A stretch of 64,000 nt of DNA from an uncultured Gemmatimonadales bacterium (lineage in GTDB: Bacteria > Gemmatimonadota > Gemmatimonadetes > Gemmatimonadales > GWC2-71-9), in contig CAVZZO010000001.1 of the NCBI GenBank assembly GCA_963779755.1, positions 1,440,001-1,504,000 of the forward strand. Direction: 5' to 3'. Positions within the stretch are counted from its first letter, which is position 1; each line of letters starts with the position of its first letter. The notes under the pieces were generated by a model. The model ran no database searches, had not been told where the DNA came from, and worked only from the letters and a program-made list of their open reading frames with translations. Positions 29,863 to 38,969 of the stretch are shown here, piece after piece. The position numbers were made by a program, and so were the translations under genes.

Positions 29863-30865
29863 GCGGCTCCGGGTGATCCTCGTGGCGGGAGGCGGGATGG
29901 CTGCTCTGCTCGATGAACGACCGCGCGGCTCCGACGACGCCCGCCGTGCCCCGGAGCGCGCCGGGCACGATGCGGCAGACATCCACCGCCGGCTTGAAGG
30001 CGCGCCGCGCCACCTCGCGCCGGAGCGGAATGAAGAGCTTGTCTCCCGCATCGGTGACTCCCCCACACACCACGACCACCTCGGGATTCAGCACATTCAC
30101 CAGGCTGGCCACCCCCGCCCCCAGGAACCTGGCCGTGTCGCTCACCACCTCCTGGGCGAGAGTATCGCCGGCGTGGGCGGCGTCGTACACCGTCTGTGCA
30201 GTGACCTTGCGGAGGTTGCCCCCGACCTGTGCCGGGATACTCGACTCCTCGCCGGTCTCGATCCGCTCCACTGCCCGCTGGGCGATGGCGGGCCCCGAGG
30301 CGTAGGCCTCGAGACAGCCGTCGTTGCCGCACTTGCAGCGCCGGCCGTTGATCTCCACGGTGCAGTGGCCGATCTCGCCCGCCACATCCGAGGCGCCGTG
30401 GAAGAGGCGGCCATGGAGGATCAGCCCGCCCCCGATGCCGGTGCCGATGGTAAGGCCCACCGCCGTCCGGCTGCCCCGCGCCGCGCCCAGCCACCACTCG
30501 CCCAGCACGGCACAGTTGGCGTCGTTATCGAGCGAGGCCGGCAGCTCGAGTGCCTCGCTCAGCCGGTCGCGGAGCGGCATGTTGATCCAGCCCAGATTCG
30601 GCGTCAGCAGCACCACGCCGCTCCGGGTGTCGAGCGGCCCGGGCGAGCCGATCCCCACCCCCAGGATCTTCCCGTCAGGATCGGCCTGCCGGCACTCCGC
30701 CACGGTGTCGCGTGCCATGACCGCCAGGCGGCTGATGATGCTGTCGGGGCCGTCCTCCGGCCGGGTCGGCTCGCTCCGCAGGCCATGCACCGCCGAGCCG
30801 TCCTCCGCGACGCAGCCAAGCACCAGATTGGTCCCGCCGATGTCGATGCCGACGATGTAGTTCAC
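29855..30865 (-). CDS. ROK family sugar kinase (glucokinase-like)
   Basis: GIDIGGT, DNDAN, GTGIGGG, GEIGH and CKCGNDGCLEAYAS. Confidence 0.93.
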   Translation of the reverse strand: MNYIVGIDIGGTNLVLGCVAEDGSAVHGLRSEPTRPEDGPDSIISRLAVMARDTVAECRQADPDGKILGVGIGSPGPLDTRSGVVLLTPNLGWINMPLRDRLSEALELPASLDNDANCAVLGEWWLGAARGSRTAVGLTIGTGIGGGLILHGRLFHGASDVAGEIGHCTVEINGRRCKCGNDGCLEAYASGPAIAQRAVERIETGEESSIPAQVGGNLRKVTAQTVYDAAHAGDTLAQEVVSDTARFLGAGVASLVNVLNPEVVVVCGGVTDAGDKLFIPLRREVARRAFKPAVDVCRIVPGALRGTAGVVGAARSFIEQSSHPASRHEDHPEPHA

Positions 30866-30968
30866 TGCGTGTCCGGACGTTGGGCCCCCGGAAGGGCGGT
30901 ACAGGGATAACGGCGGCAGCTGCCCACGCTGGTTTCAGTCCTGAGGCGTCTCCCGGTCGCGGCCCCGC

Positions 30969-31970
30969 TCAGTCCCCAGTCTTCAGTCCTCGTATCGCTT
31001 CCAGCACCATCTCCACAGAGATCTCCGTCATGCAGCGGTGATGTCCCAGCGGACAGCGCTGCGGCCCGTGCTTCGAGCAGGGGCGGCAGGCCAGTCCCGG
31101 ATGTTCCACCACCCTGTCACGCAGCCCGCGAGGGCCGAAGCCGAAGGCAGGCACCGTGGGGCCGAACACCGCCACGATGGGCGTGCCGGTAGCGGTGGCG
31201 AGATGCAGGGGTGCCGAGTCGTTGGTCACCAGCACGGCGGCCGATTCCAGCAGTGCGGCGGAGACCCGCAGGGGGAGTTGGCCTGCCGCATTGTGGGCCC
31301 GCCCGGGGCCTGCCGCCCGCACCAGCGACTCGGCGAGATCCCGGTCCTCGGGGCCGCCGATGACTACTACCGGCTTCTCCAGCCGCGCCGCCAGCTCTCC
31401 ATAATAGGGCCACCGCTTGGTGGCCCAGATGGAGCCGGGGGCCAGGGCGATGAACCCGGAGCCGAGTCCTCGCGCCTCCAGCCATTGGGCCGCTGCCCGG
31501 CGGTCCTCTTCGGTCAGGCCCAGTGAAACCGGCGGGACCGGCTCGGCCCGTTCCGGTGCCAGCCGCAGCAGCCGTTCGACCTCGTGGCCGGTTCGGGGCC
31601 GCGGCACCCGGCGGGTGTACAGCAGCGACGCGCCGTCGCCGAAGCCCAGCCGCTCCGGAATGCCGGCGAGCCGGGCCAGGGCCGCGGTCCGCCAGGAGCG
31701 GTGGGGCAGCACCGCCCGCGCATATCCCTGCCGCCGCAGCGACCGGGCCAACCGGAATAATCCGGGCCATCCCCGATCGGCGCCACGCTTGTCGTAGCGG
31801 ATCACCCGGCGCACCGCGGGATGGCTTTCCAGTAGCGGCGCCGCGGCGGGCGTGGTCACGACGTCCACCGTCCCGTACGTACCGGCCAGCGCGGTGAGGA
31901 GCGGGGTGGTCAGGACCACGTCCCCCAGGAAGGCGGTCTGGATGACCAGGGTGCCCCCGCCTTCCTGCAT
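30969..31970 (-). CDS. waaF: LPS heptosyltransferase II (GT9)
   Basis: QTAFLGDVVL, APGSIWATKRWP, TNDSAPLHLA, FGPT and a C-terminal Cys cluster. An alternative start at 32036 runs through the repeat array. Confidence 0.85.
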   Translation of the reverse strand: MQEGGGTLVIQTAFLGDVVLTTPLLTALAGTYGTVDVVTTPAAAPLLESHPAVRRVIRYDKRGADRGWPGLFRLARSLRRQGYARAVLPHRSWRTAALARLAGIPERLGFGDGASLLYTRRVPRPRTGHEVERLLRLAPERAEPVPPVSLGLTEEDRRAAAQWLEARGLGSGFIALAPGSIWATKRWPYYGELAARLEKPVVVIGGPEDRDLAESLVRAAGPGRAHNAAGQLPLRVSAALLESAAVLVTNDSAPLHLATATGTPIVAVFGPTVPAFGFGPRGLRDRVVEHPGLACRPCSKHGPQRCPLGHHRCMTEISVEMVLEAIRGLKTGD

Positions 31971-31975
31971 CCCAT

Positions 31976-32058
31976 CCGGTGAGCGGTAAGCGGTAAGCGG
32001 CAGGCGAGGCGGAGCCCCGGGTTCCCTTCCGCTCACTGCTCACCGCTCACCGCTCACC
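31976..32058. repeat. Inverted heptamer arrays (GCGGTRA / YCGCTCA)
   Basis: CCGGTGA GCGGTAA GCGGTAA GCGGCAG ... CCGCTCA CTGCTCA CCGCTCA CCGCTCA, between lepA and waaF. Confidence 0.7.
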
Positions 32059-32061
32059 ATC

Positions 32062-33861
32062 CTATTCGACCTGCAGGACCGCGAGAAATGCCTCCTGCGG
32101 GATTTCCACCGAGCCCACCTGCTTCATGCGCTTCTTTCCTTCCCGCTGCTTTTCCAGGAGCTTCCGTTTGCGGGTGACGTCGCCGCCGTAGCACTTGGCC
32201 AGCACGTCCTTGCGCAGCGCGCTGATGGTTTCCCGCGCGATGATGCGGGAGCCGATCGCCGCCTGCACGTTGACCTGGAACAGCTGGCGCGGAATCAGCT
32301 CTTTCAGCTTTTCCGCCACCTTGCGGCCCCATTCGTAGGCCTTGTCGCGATGGATGATCACACTGAAGGCGTCGATCTGCTCGCCGTTGATGAGCATGTC
32401 GAGCTTGACCAGTTCGGAGGCGCGGTAGCCGGCCGTCTCGTAATCGAAGGAGGCGTAGCCGCGGGTCGCGCTCTTCAGCCGATCGTAGAAGTCGAGGACG
32501 ATCTCACCCAGGGGGAAGTCCCAGTCGAATTCCACCCGGGTCTGATCCAGGTATTTCATGCCCAGGTAGATGCCCCGCCGCTCCTGCCCCAGCTTCATGA
32601 TGGGACCGATGTAATCGGCGGGGGCCATGATGCGCGACTTCACATACGGCTCCTCGATCCGCTCGATGCCGGCGGGGTCGGGAAAGATCGTGGGGTTCTC
32701 CACCACCAGGAGCGAGCCGTCGGTCTGGTAGACGTGATACTCCACCGTGGGCACGGTGGTGATCAGGTCGAGATCGAACTCGCGCTCCAGCCGTTCCTGG
32801 ACGATCTCCATGTGCAGCAGGCCCAGAAAGCCGCAGCGGAACCCGAACCCCAGCGCGGTGGACGATTCCGGTTCGTAATGCAGGCTGGCATCATTCATCT
32901 GCAGCCGCTCGAGGGCGTCGCGCAGGCCCTCGTACTGCTCCGAGTCGGTGGGGTACAGGCCGGCGAACACCATGCTCTTGACGTCGCGATAGCCCGGCAG
33001 CAGCTCGGCCGCCCGGTCGGCTGCGTCGAGTACGGTGTCTCCCACCCGGCAGTCGCGTACGCTGCGCAGGCTGGCCACCAGGTAGCCGACCTCGCCGGCC
33101 TCGAGCCGATCGGTGGGCCGCTGGCCCAGCTGGAGGTAGCCGACCTCGTCCACAGTGAAGACGTCGTCCGGATGGGAGCCGAACGCGATCTCCATGCCCG
33201 AGCGGATCACCCCATCCACCACGCGCACACTGGGGATGGCCCCGCGGTAGCGATCGAAGTAGTTGTCGAAGATGAGCGCCCGGAGCGGGCCGTCTTCCAC
33301 GCCCCGGGGGGGCGGCACCCGCCGGACGATGGCTTCGAGCAGCTCGGGGACGCCGGTGCCTTCCTTGGCCGACACCTGGAGAATCTCGTCGCGCCGGACA
33401 CCGATCAGGTTCATGATCTCCTCGGCGCGCTTCTCCGGCTCGGCCCCCGGCAGGTCGATCTTGTTGAGGACCGGGATGATCTCCAGCCCGGCGTCCACGG
33501 CGAGGAAGAGATTGCTCACCGTCTGTGCCTGGACACCCTGCGTGGCGTCGACCACGAGAATCGCCCCCTCGCAGGCGTTGAGCGAGCGGGAGACCTCGTA
33601 GGTGAAGTCCACATGCCCGGGGGTGTCGATCAGATTGAGCTCGTAGGTAACCCCGTCGGCCGAGGGATAGGCCATCCGGACGGCATTCAGCTTGATGGTG
33701 ATACCGCGCTCGCGCTCCAGATCCATGGTGTCCAGGAGCTGCTGGCGCATGAGCCGCTTCTCCACCGCACCGGTGGCCTCGATGAGCCGGTCGGCGAGGG
33801 TGGACTTGCCGTGATCTATATGGGCAACGATACAGAAGTTGCGAATTCGGGACTGAGACAT
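32062..33861 (-). CDS. lepA: Elongation factor 4
   Basis: [43 protein letters not shown] and VEIPQEAF; 599 aa from ATG 33861. Confidence 0.98.
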   Translation of the reverse strand: MSQSRIRNFCIVAHIDHGKSTLADRLIEATGAVEKRLMRQQLLDTMDLERERGITIKLNAVRMAYPSADGVTYELNLIDTPGHVDFTYEVSRSLNACEGAILVVDATQGVQAQTVSNLFLAVDAGLEIIPVLNKIDLPGAEPEKRAEEIMNLIGVRRDEILQVSAKEGTGVPELLEAIVRRVPPPRGVEDGPLRALIFDNYFDRYRGAIPSVRVVDGVIRSGMEIAFGSHPDDVFTVDEVGYLQLGQRPTDRLEAGEVGYLVASLRSVRDCRVGDTVLDAADRAAELLPGYRDVKSMVFAGLYPTDSEQYEGLRDALERLQMNDASLHYEPESSTALGFGFRCGFLGLLHMEIVQERLEREFDLDLITTVPTVEYHVYQTDGSLLVVENPTIFPDPAGIERIEEPYVKSRIMAPADYIGPIMKLGQERRGIYLGMKYLDQTRVEFDWDFPLGEIVLDFYDRLKSATRGYASFDYETAGYRASELVKLDMLINGEQIDAFSVIIHRDKAYEWGRKVAEKLKELIPRQLFQVNVQAAIGSRIIARETISALRKDVLAKCYGGDVTRKRKLLEKQREGKKRMKQVGSVEIPQEAFLAVLQVE

Positions 33862-33932
33862 GGGGGGAATGTAGGTGGGAGGGCGGTAAGGGGGTAAGGC
33901 GGTAGCCGGGAGGGCGGGAAGGCGGGCAGTGT

Positions 33933-34151
33933 GGTAGAGGTGGCAGGGGCGTTGACACGGGAACCCGAACCTCGGCAATGACGCCCTGTGGACGAGTCGA
34001 AATCTGAAAACTCTGCCAGGAGGGGGCGCTTACGGTGTACCACATCACGAGGCAGTGGCCGCAGGAGGGAACCCGGGGCCTGATGTCCCAGGTGCGTCGC
34101 CCGGTGGTCTCAGCCGCCGTCAGCCTCCCCGAGGGGGCAGCCGCCTCTACC
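33933..34151. other. Unexplained ~219-nt element bounded by 12-nt inverted repeats (candidate ncRNA or MITE-like)
   Basis: GGTAGAGGTGGC ... GCCGCCTCTACC, with internal hairpins and a duplicated GGGAACCCG...CGCCC-GTGG unit. Confidence 0.3.
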
Positions 34152-34491
34152 GGCCCTCCAGCTCCTCCAGCCGCCCCATTGCCCGGCGCAGGTGCGGGAT
34201 CACGATGCTGCCGCCGACCACCAGGCCTACACTGAACAGCTCGAGGAATTCCTCGCGGGTTACTCCCTCCTGATGGCAGCGCTGGATGTGGTAGGTGATA
34301 CAGTCGTCGCAGCGCAGGACGAGCGAGGCCACCAGCCCCAGCATCTCCTTGGTTTTCGTGCCCAGCGCTCCGGGCTCGTAGGCCCGGTGGTCCAGCGCGA
34401 AGAAGCGGTTGATGGTGAGGTTCCCGGCGCCCAGGATCACCTGGTTCATCCGGTCGCGGAAGGCGTCGAAATCCTGGAGAGATCCGCTCAT
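34147..34491 (-). CDS. Carboxymuconolactone decarboxylase / AhpD-like protein
   Basis: GALGTKTKEMLGLVASLVLRCDDCITYH, with CxxC. Confidence 0.88.
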   Translation of the reverse strand: MSGSLQDFDAFRDRMNQVILGAGNLTINRFFALDHRAYEPGALGTKTKEMLGLVASLVLRCDDCITYHIQRCHQEGVTREEFLELFSVGLVVGGSIVIPHLRRAMGRLEELEGR

Positions 34492-34540
34492 GGAGGCTCC
34501 TGGTAAGCCGTTCGGGTGGCGGCGCGAAAGGTAATAACGC

Positions 34541-34575
34541 AGAAGCCGCAGACCGATGTCCGGTCCGCGGCTTCT
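34541..34575 (-). terminator. Probable terminator hairpin after the DUF4384 gene
   Basis: AGAAGCCGC-AGACCG / CGGTC-C-GCGGCTTCT stem; T-rich tail on the minus strand. Confidence 0.45.
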
Positions 34576-34596
34576 TCTGCGATGGGTTGGGGAGGG

Positions 34597-36066
34597 TCAG
34601 CGACTGTCGGGCTTCCGCCGGCGGAGGACCGGCTGGCTCGACTGCGGCTGCCGGGAGGGTTCCGCCCGCGCGGGCTCCGAGCGTTGCGGCTGAGACCTGC
34701 CGGGCTCCGCCCGTTGCGGCTGCTGGCGGCCGGGCTCCGAGCGCTGTGGAGGCTCGGCACGCCGGGGCTCGGAGCGCGGCGGCGTTTCGGCTCGGGACGG
34801 CGGCCGCTCCGTGGTCCGCCGCTGATCCGGCCGGCCCGGCTGCGAGGGCTCGCCCCGCCGGGGTTCCGCGCTTCGTGAATCGCTGCCATTGTCCATGGGG
34901 CGCAGGTCGCGGTTGGGCTCGACCGTCCGGCGGTCGCCGGACCGGGGCGGTGAGTTGTCGTTGGGGTCGACGCTGCGCCGATCGGCGGGCTGCCGGTCGG
35001 CCGGCTGCCGGTCGTTCCCCGGGTTGGGATCGACGGTGCGCCGCTCGCCCGGGGCGTCGGTGCGCCCGCGATCGACGTTGGGCTGGACCGACGGACGCTC
35101 ACCCGGTGTGGCGCGGCGGTCCTGCGGCTGCTGCGTGCCCTCGCGGCTGCCGGGGCTCTCCACCCGCCGCCGGCCCTCGACCGGAGCCGGAACGGCACCG
35201 CGCCCGCCCACGTCCGCGCTGGTCCGGTCGCGCTCGACGGTGCGGCGGTCGGTGACGATGGGCCGTTCGCGCACCCGAGTCACATAGTCGGACCGGCCGT
35301 CGTAATCCTTGAAGACGTAGCGCGGCGCGGCGCGGCGCGGCCGGGCAACCACCACCCGCCGCCCGGGGTAGTACCGGTAGGGGTAATAGTAGGAGTTATC
35401 GTAGATCACCAGCCGGAACCGGGAGCAGTGATAGCGGTACGGATCCCAGTAGCGGTAGCTCACGTAGGTATGGCAGTCGTAGCAGACAAAGCGCGGGTAG
35501 TCGTAGTGCTGCTCGACATAATAGGGGATGATGTCGTAATCGTAGGTGCCGCGCGCGGCGATGCGGGCGGCAAAATCCGTCGCGGTCACGTAGGGATCGC
35601 CCCGGACGCGGCCGTCGGCGATGGTGCGGTAGTCCCAGTGATCGCCCAGGACGTAGGAATCGAAGTCGAACGGATCGGGCGAGGCGATCGCGAAGACGTA
35701 GCCGACCCCGGGATAGTCGTCCACCACGAAGGCCCGGTCGCCGCGGTCCAGTACCTCGAAGGTGCGGCCGCCGCGCGCGAAGTTGTCTTCCCACGGTTCG
35801 CGCGGAAAGAGCACCCGGACCCGGCCATCGGTGTCGATCCGGACGACGGTGATGTAGCCGTCGGACTCGGGCCGGACATAGACCCGGACCCGGTTGCCCC
35901 GGTTGTAGGGGCTCTGGTCGTGATTGGTCCAGACGGTAATGCGGGGATCGGCGCTGGCATGCATCCAGGTCGAAATCCGGTCGAGGGCGCTGACCGGCAG
36001 CGGATGCGGCACCGCAGGAGCCGAGGCTCCCAGCGCGAAGGCGATACCGAGAATGGAAGTGAACAT
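34597..36066 (-). CDS. Exported DUF4384-domain protein with Tyr-rich segment and R/P-rich disordered tail
   Basis: Signal peptide; YNRGNRVRVYV...DGYITVVRIDTDGRVRVLFP; CYDCH; RQPAD and RSEP repeats; GGAGG SD. Confidence 0.72.
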   Translation of the reverse strand: MFTSILGIAFALGASAPAVPHPLPVSALDRISTWMHASADPRITVWTNHDQSPYNRGNRVRVYVRPESDGYITVVRIDTDGRVRVLFPREPWEDNFARGGRTFEVLDRGDRAFVVDDYPGVGYVFAIASPDPFDFDSYVLGDHWDYRTIADGRVRGDPYVTATDFAARIAARGTYDYDIIPYYVEQHYDYPRFVCYDCHTYVSYRYWDPYRYHCSRFRLVIYDNSYYYPYRYYPGRRVVVARPRRAAPRYVFKDYDGRSDYVTRVRERPIVTDRRTVERDRTSADVGGRGAVPAPVEGRRRVESPGSREGTQQPQDRRATPGERPSVQPNVDRGRTDAPGERRTVDPNPGNDRQPADRQPADRRSVDPNDNSPPRSGDRRTVEPNRDLRPMDNGSDSRSAEPRRGEPSQPGRPDQRRTTERPPSRAETPPRSEPRRAEPPQRSEPGRQQPQRAEPGRSQPQRSEPARAEPSRQPQSSQPVLRRRKPDSR

Positions 36067-36107
36067 GTCCCCTCCGGGTGGCCACAAAGGAACTCGACAC
36101 CATGGAA

Positions 36108-36123
36108 AGCAGAGCTTGTGCCA
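36108..36123 (-). promoter_or_regulatory. Sigma-54 (-24/-12) promoter
   Basis: TGGCACAAGCTCTGCT has exact GG-N10-GC spacing, about 40 nt upstream of the DUF4384 ATG. Confidence 0.55.
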
Positions 36124-36226
36124 TCAGGCTGGACGCCACCAAATAGCTGAACGGCAATGGGTTAGGTCATTCCTCCTGAGGGGTGATGCCGGCCGGCTTG
36201 TCCGCCTCGGGGGACATGCCCGCGCG

Positions 36227-36256
36227 TTGACTTCCGCCCCGTAACTCGGATACGTT
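36227..36256 (+). promoter_or_regulatory. Sigma-70-type promoter for the DUF58...pdxA gene run
   Basis: TTGACT-N18-TACGTT, 9 nt before ATG 36266. Confidence 0.5.
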
Positions 36257-36265
36257 GCCCCGCGC

Positions 36266-37192
36266 ATGAACCGGCCCGGTGTTTCCCTCGCTTCCGCCCG
36301 TATCGACCTGCTGGATCCCTTCGAGGTCTCCCGCCTGGGCGGTCTGGAACTCATTTCCCAGGGCGTCGTCGAGGGCTTTCTGACCGGTCTGCACCGGTCT
36401 CCCCGCCGCGGTTTTTCGGTGGAATTCGCCGAGCACCGCATGTACCAGCCGGGTGACGAGTTGCGGTACGTAGACTGGAAGATCCTGGGCCGCAACGACC
36501 GGCTGTATGTGAAGCAGTTCGAGGAAGAAACCAACCTGCGGGCGATGATCGTCTGCGACGCGAGCCGGTCGATGGCCTGGTCGGGAGCGCCCGAGCGGGT
36601 GCTCACCAAGCTGGCCTACGCCCAGCGCCTTTCCGCCGCGCTCGCACTGATCCTCCTGCGCCAGCGGGATGCCACCGGGCTGATCACCTTCGACGAAGAA
36701 GTCCGCGCGGTGGTGCCGGCCCGCGCCCGCATGAGTCACTGGCATACGCTGCTGCGGGTGCTGAGCTCGACCGAGCCGGGCCGGGGCACCGCGGCTGAGC
36801 CCGCCCTGCGCCGGGTGGTGGCGCGGCTGCGCCGCCGGGGCCTGGTGATCTTCGTGTCCGATCTGCTGCTGGAGCGCGATCCGGCGCTTCTGGCGCTGCA
36901 GTTCCTCCGCCACCGCGGGCACCAGGTGATGGTTTTTCACCTGATGGATCCGGCGGAGGTGACGCTCGAAGGGCCAGCCGAGGCGCGCTTCGAGGACCCG
37001 GAGACGCGGGCGCATGTGGTGCTGCGTCCCCGCGATTGGGCAGATGTGTACCGCCAGACGGTCGAGGGGGTCATCTCGGACTGGCATCGGTCCTGCCGTC
37101 GCCACGGCATTCAGTACGTCCGGGTCACCACTGATACTCCGTTCGGGCTGGTCCTGCGCCGGGCGCTCTCGCGGCCCGCCGGTTTCGCGTGA
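36266..37192 (+). CDS. DUF58 (vWA-like) protein
   Basis: GLHRSPRRGFSVEFAEHRMYQPGDELRYVDWK, YVKQFEEETN and DASRSM. Confidence 0.93.
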   Translation: MNRPGVSLASARIDLLDPFEVSRLGGLELISQGVVEGFLTGLHRSPRRGFSVEFAEHRMYQPGDELRYVDWKILGRNDRLYVKQFEEETNLRAMIVCDASRSMAWSGAPERVLTKLAYAQRLSAALALILLRQRDATGLITFDEEVRAVVPARARMSHWHTLLRVLSSTEPGRGTAAEPALRRVVARLRRRGLVIFVSDLLLERDPALLALQFLRHRGHQVMVFHLMDPAEVTLEGPAEARFEDPETRAHVVLRPRDWADVYRQTVEGVISDWHRSCRRHGIQYVRVTTDTPFGLVLRRALSRPAGFA

Positions 37193-38969
37193 TCAGCTTT
37201 CTCCACCCCTGGCTACTGGCGGGCCTGGCGGCGGCCGCCCTCCCCGTGCTGCTCCACCTGGTGCACCGGCGGCAGCCGCCGACGGTCGAGTTCCCGGCCG
37301 TGCGCTATCTGATCGATACCACCCGGGAGCACCAGCGCCGCCTCAAGCTGCGCAACCTCCTGCTGCTGCTCCTGCGCACCGCGCTCATTCTTGCCCTGGT
37401 GCTGGCCGCGGCCGGCCCCAGCGCGCCCATCCGGGGCGCGCCCGCGCACGCGCCGGCGGCGCTGGCGCTCATCGTGGACAACAGCCTGAGCAGCGGGGCG
37501 GTGGTTCAGGGCGCCACCCGGCTGGATCAGCTTCGCCGCGCCGCGCGGGGAGTGCTGGACCGGGCGGGGGGGACGATGCGCTCTGGCTGGTCCTGGCCGA
37601 CGGGAGCCCCCGGCGGGGCAGCGCCGCGGAGCTGCGCACGCTGATCGACTCGCTCCGGCCCGACGCCCGGCGGCTGGACCTGGGCGCCGCGCTGGCGGTA
37701 GCGCAGGGCGTGCTTGCCGGCCAGCCTCTCCCGGGGGAGATCGTCCTGCTCACCGACCTCCAGGCCAGCGCCGTGAGTCCCGCCGCGGTGCAGGTTCCCC
37801 TGCTGGTAGGCCGCCCCGAGGACCAGCCCGGGCCCAACCTCGGCCTCGCCGGGATCGATCCGGGGCCGCAGCCCTGGACGCCGGAGGGGGGACGGGTCCT
37901 GGTCCAGGCGGCCGGCGATTCCGTGTCCGCGCCGGTCACCGTGCGCCTGGACGACCGGCCCGGCCGGCAGGCACTGCTGCAACCGGCCGTTCCGGCGACG
38001 GTGTCATTACGTGGGAGCGCTCCGGGCTGGCAAGTGATCCACGCCGAGCTGGACCCGGACGAGTTGCTGGCCGACGACCGGCGCGATGCGGTGGTGCGGG
38101 TTGCCCCGGTGGCGCGGGTTACCTGGGACAGCGCCGACCGGTACGTCTCGGCCGCCCTGCAGGTGCTGGTGGCCAACGGGCGGCTGGACCGGGGGGGCCA
38201 ACTCAGCATGGGAGCTCTGGGGCCCGGCCCGTCGGTGGTGGAGCCGCCGGCGGATCCTGCCGAGGTGGGCGCGCTCAACCGCTCGCTGCAACAGCGGGGC
38301 GTGGCCTGGCATTTCGGCACCCGGCGCGATGTGGCCGCCACGGTCGACAGCGGGGGGCTGGCGGCGGGCGTGCGGGTCCTGCGGCGCTACCAGCTGGAAC
38401 CGACCGGCTCCGGCCGCACCGGGGTGGTGGCCACGGCGGGCGGCGCCCCCTGGATCGTGCGATCGGGAGGTGTGGTGCTGCTGGGCAGCCGGGTGGATCC
38501 GGACTGGACCTCGCTTCCGCTCACGGCCGCGTTCGTTCCCTTCATGGATGCCTTGCTCAACCGGGTGGCCCGGGGCGAAGTCGTCCTGGCCAACGGATCG
38601 CCCGGGGCGCCCATTACGCTGCCGGACCAGGTAACCGAACTGCGGCAGAACGATCGTCACTGGAGCTTCGAGGGCGGCTCCGATTTCCATCCTCCCGATG
38701 CCGGGGTGTATTTCCTGCTGGCCGGCGCGGATACCGTGGGCGCCTTGTCGGTGAATGCCGATCCCCGGGAATCGCTGCTGGCGCGGGCACCGGATCGCCA
38801 GGTGCGCGCGCTCTGGCGCGGCGCGCGGGTGCTGGCGCCGGAGGCGGCAGCGGCCCGGTCGTTTACGCAGGGTCTGCGGGCCGATCTCCGGGGCCCGCTG
38901 CTCTGGACGGTGCTGGTGCTCGCGCTGGCCGAGGTGGTCTTTGCCAGCCTGTGGCGGAGGCCGGCGTGA
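37189..38969 (+). pseudogene. BatA/vWA-domain membrane protein split by a 1-nt frameshift (pseudogene or assembly error)
   Basis: The BatA N-terminus (FLHPWLL...PVLLHL...EFPAVRYL, VDNSLSS) starts at 37189. The rest (DDALW...LLTDLQ, C-terminal TM) is in the -1 frame after the G7 run at 37566-37572. Confidence 0.75.

Noticed and set aside
33933..34151. Identification as 6S, tmRNA, SRP, RNase P or tRNA
   Set aside because: Their diagnostic motifs are not recognisable here, so it is kept only as an unexplained element.
36266..38969. Complete MoxR-DUF58-vWA chaperone operon
   Set aside because: No MoxR AAA+ gene is adjacent, so only the two partner genes can be supported.
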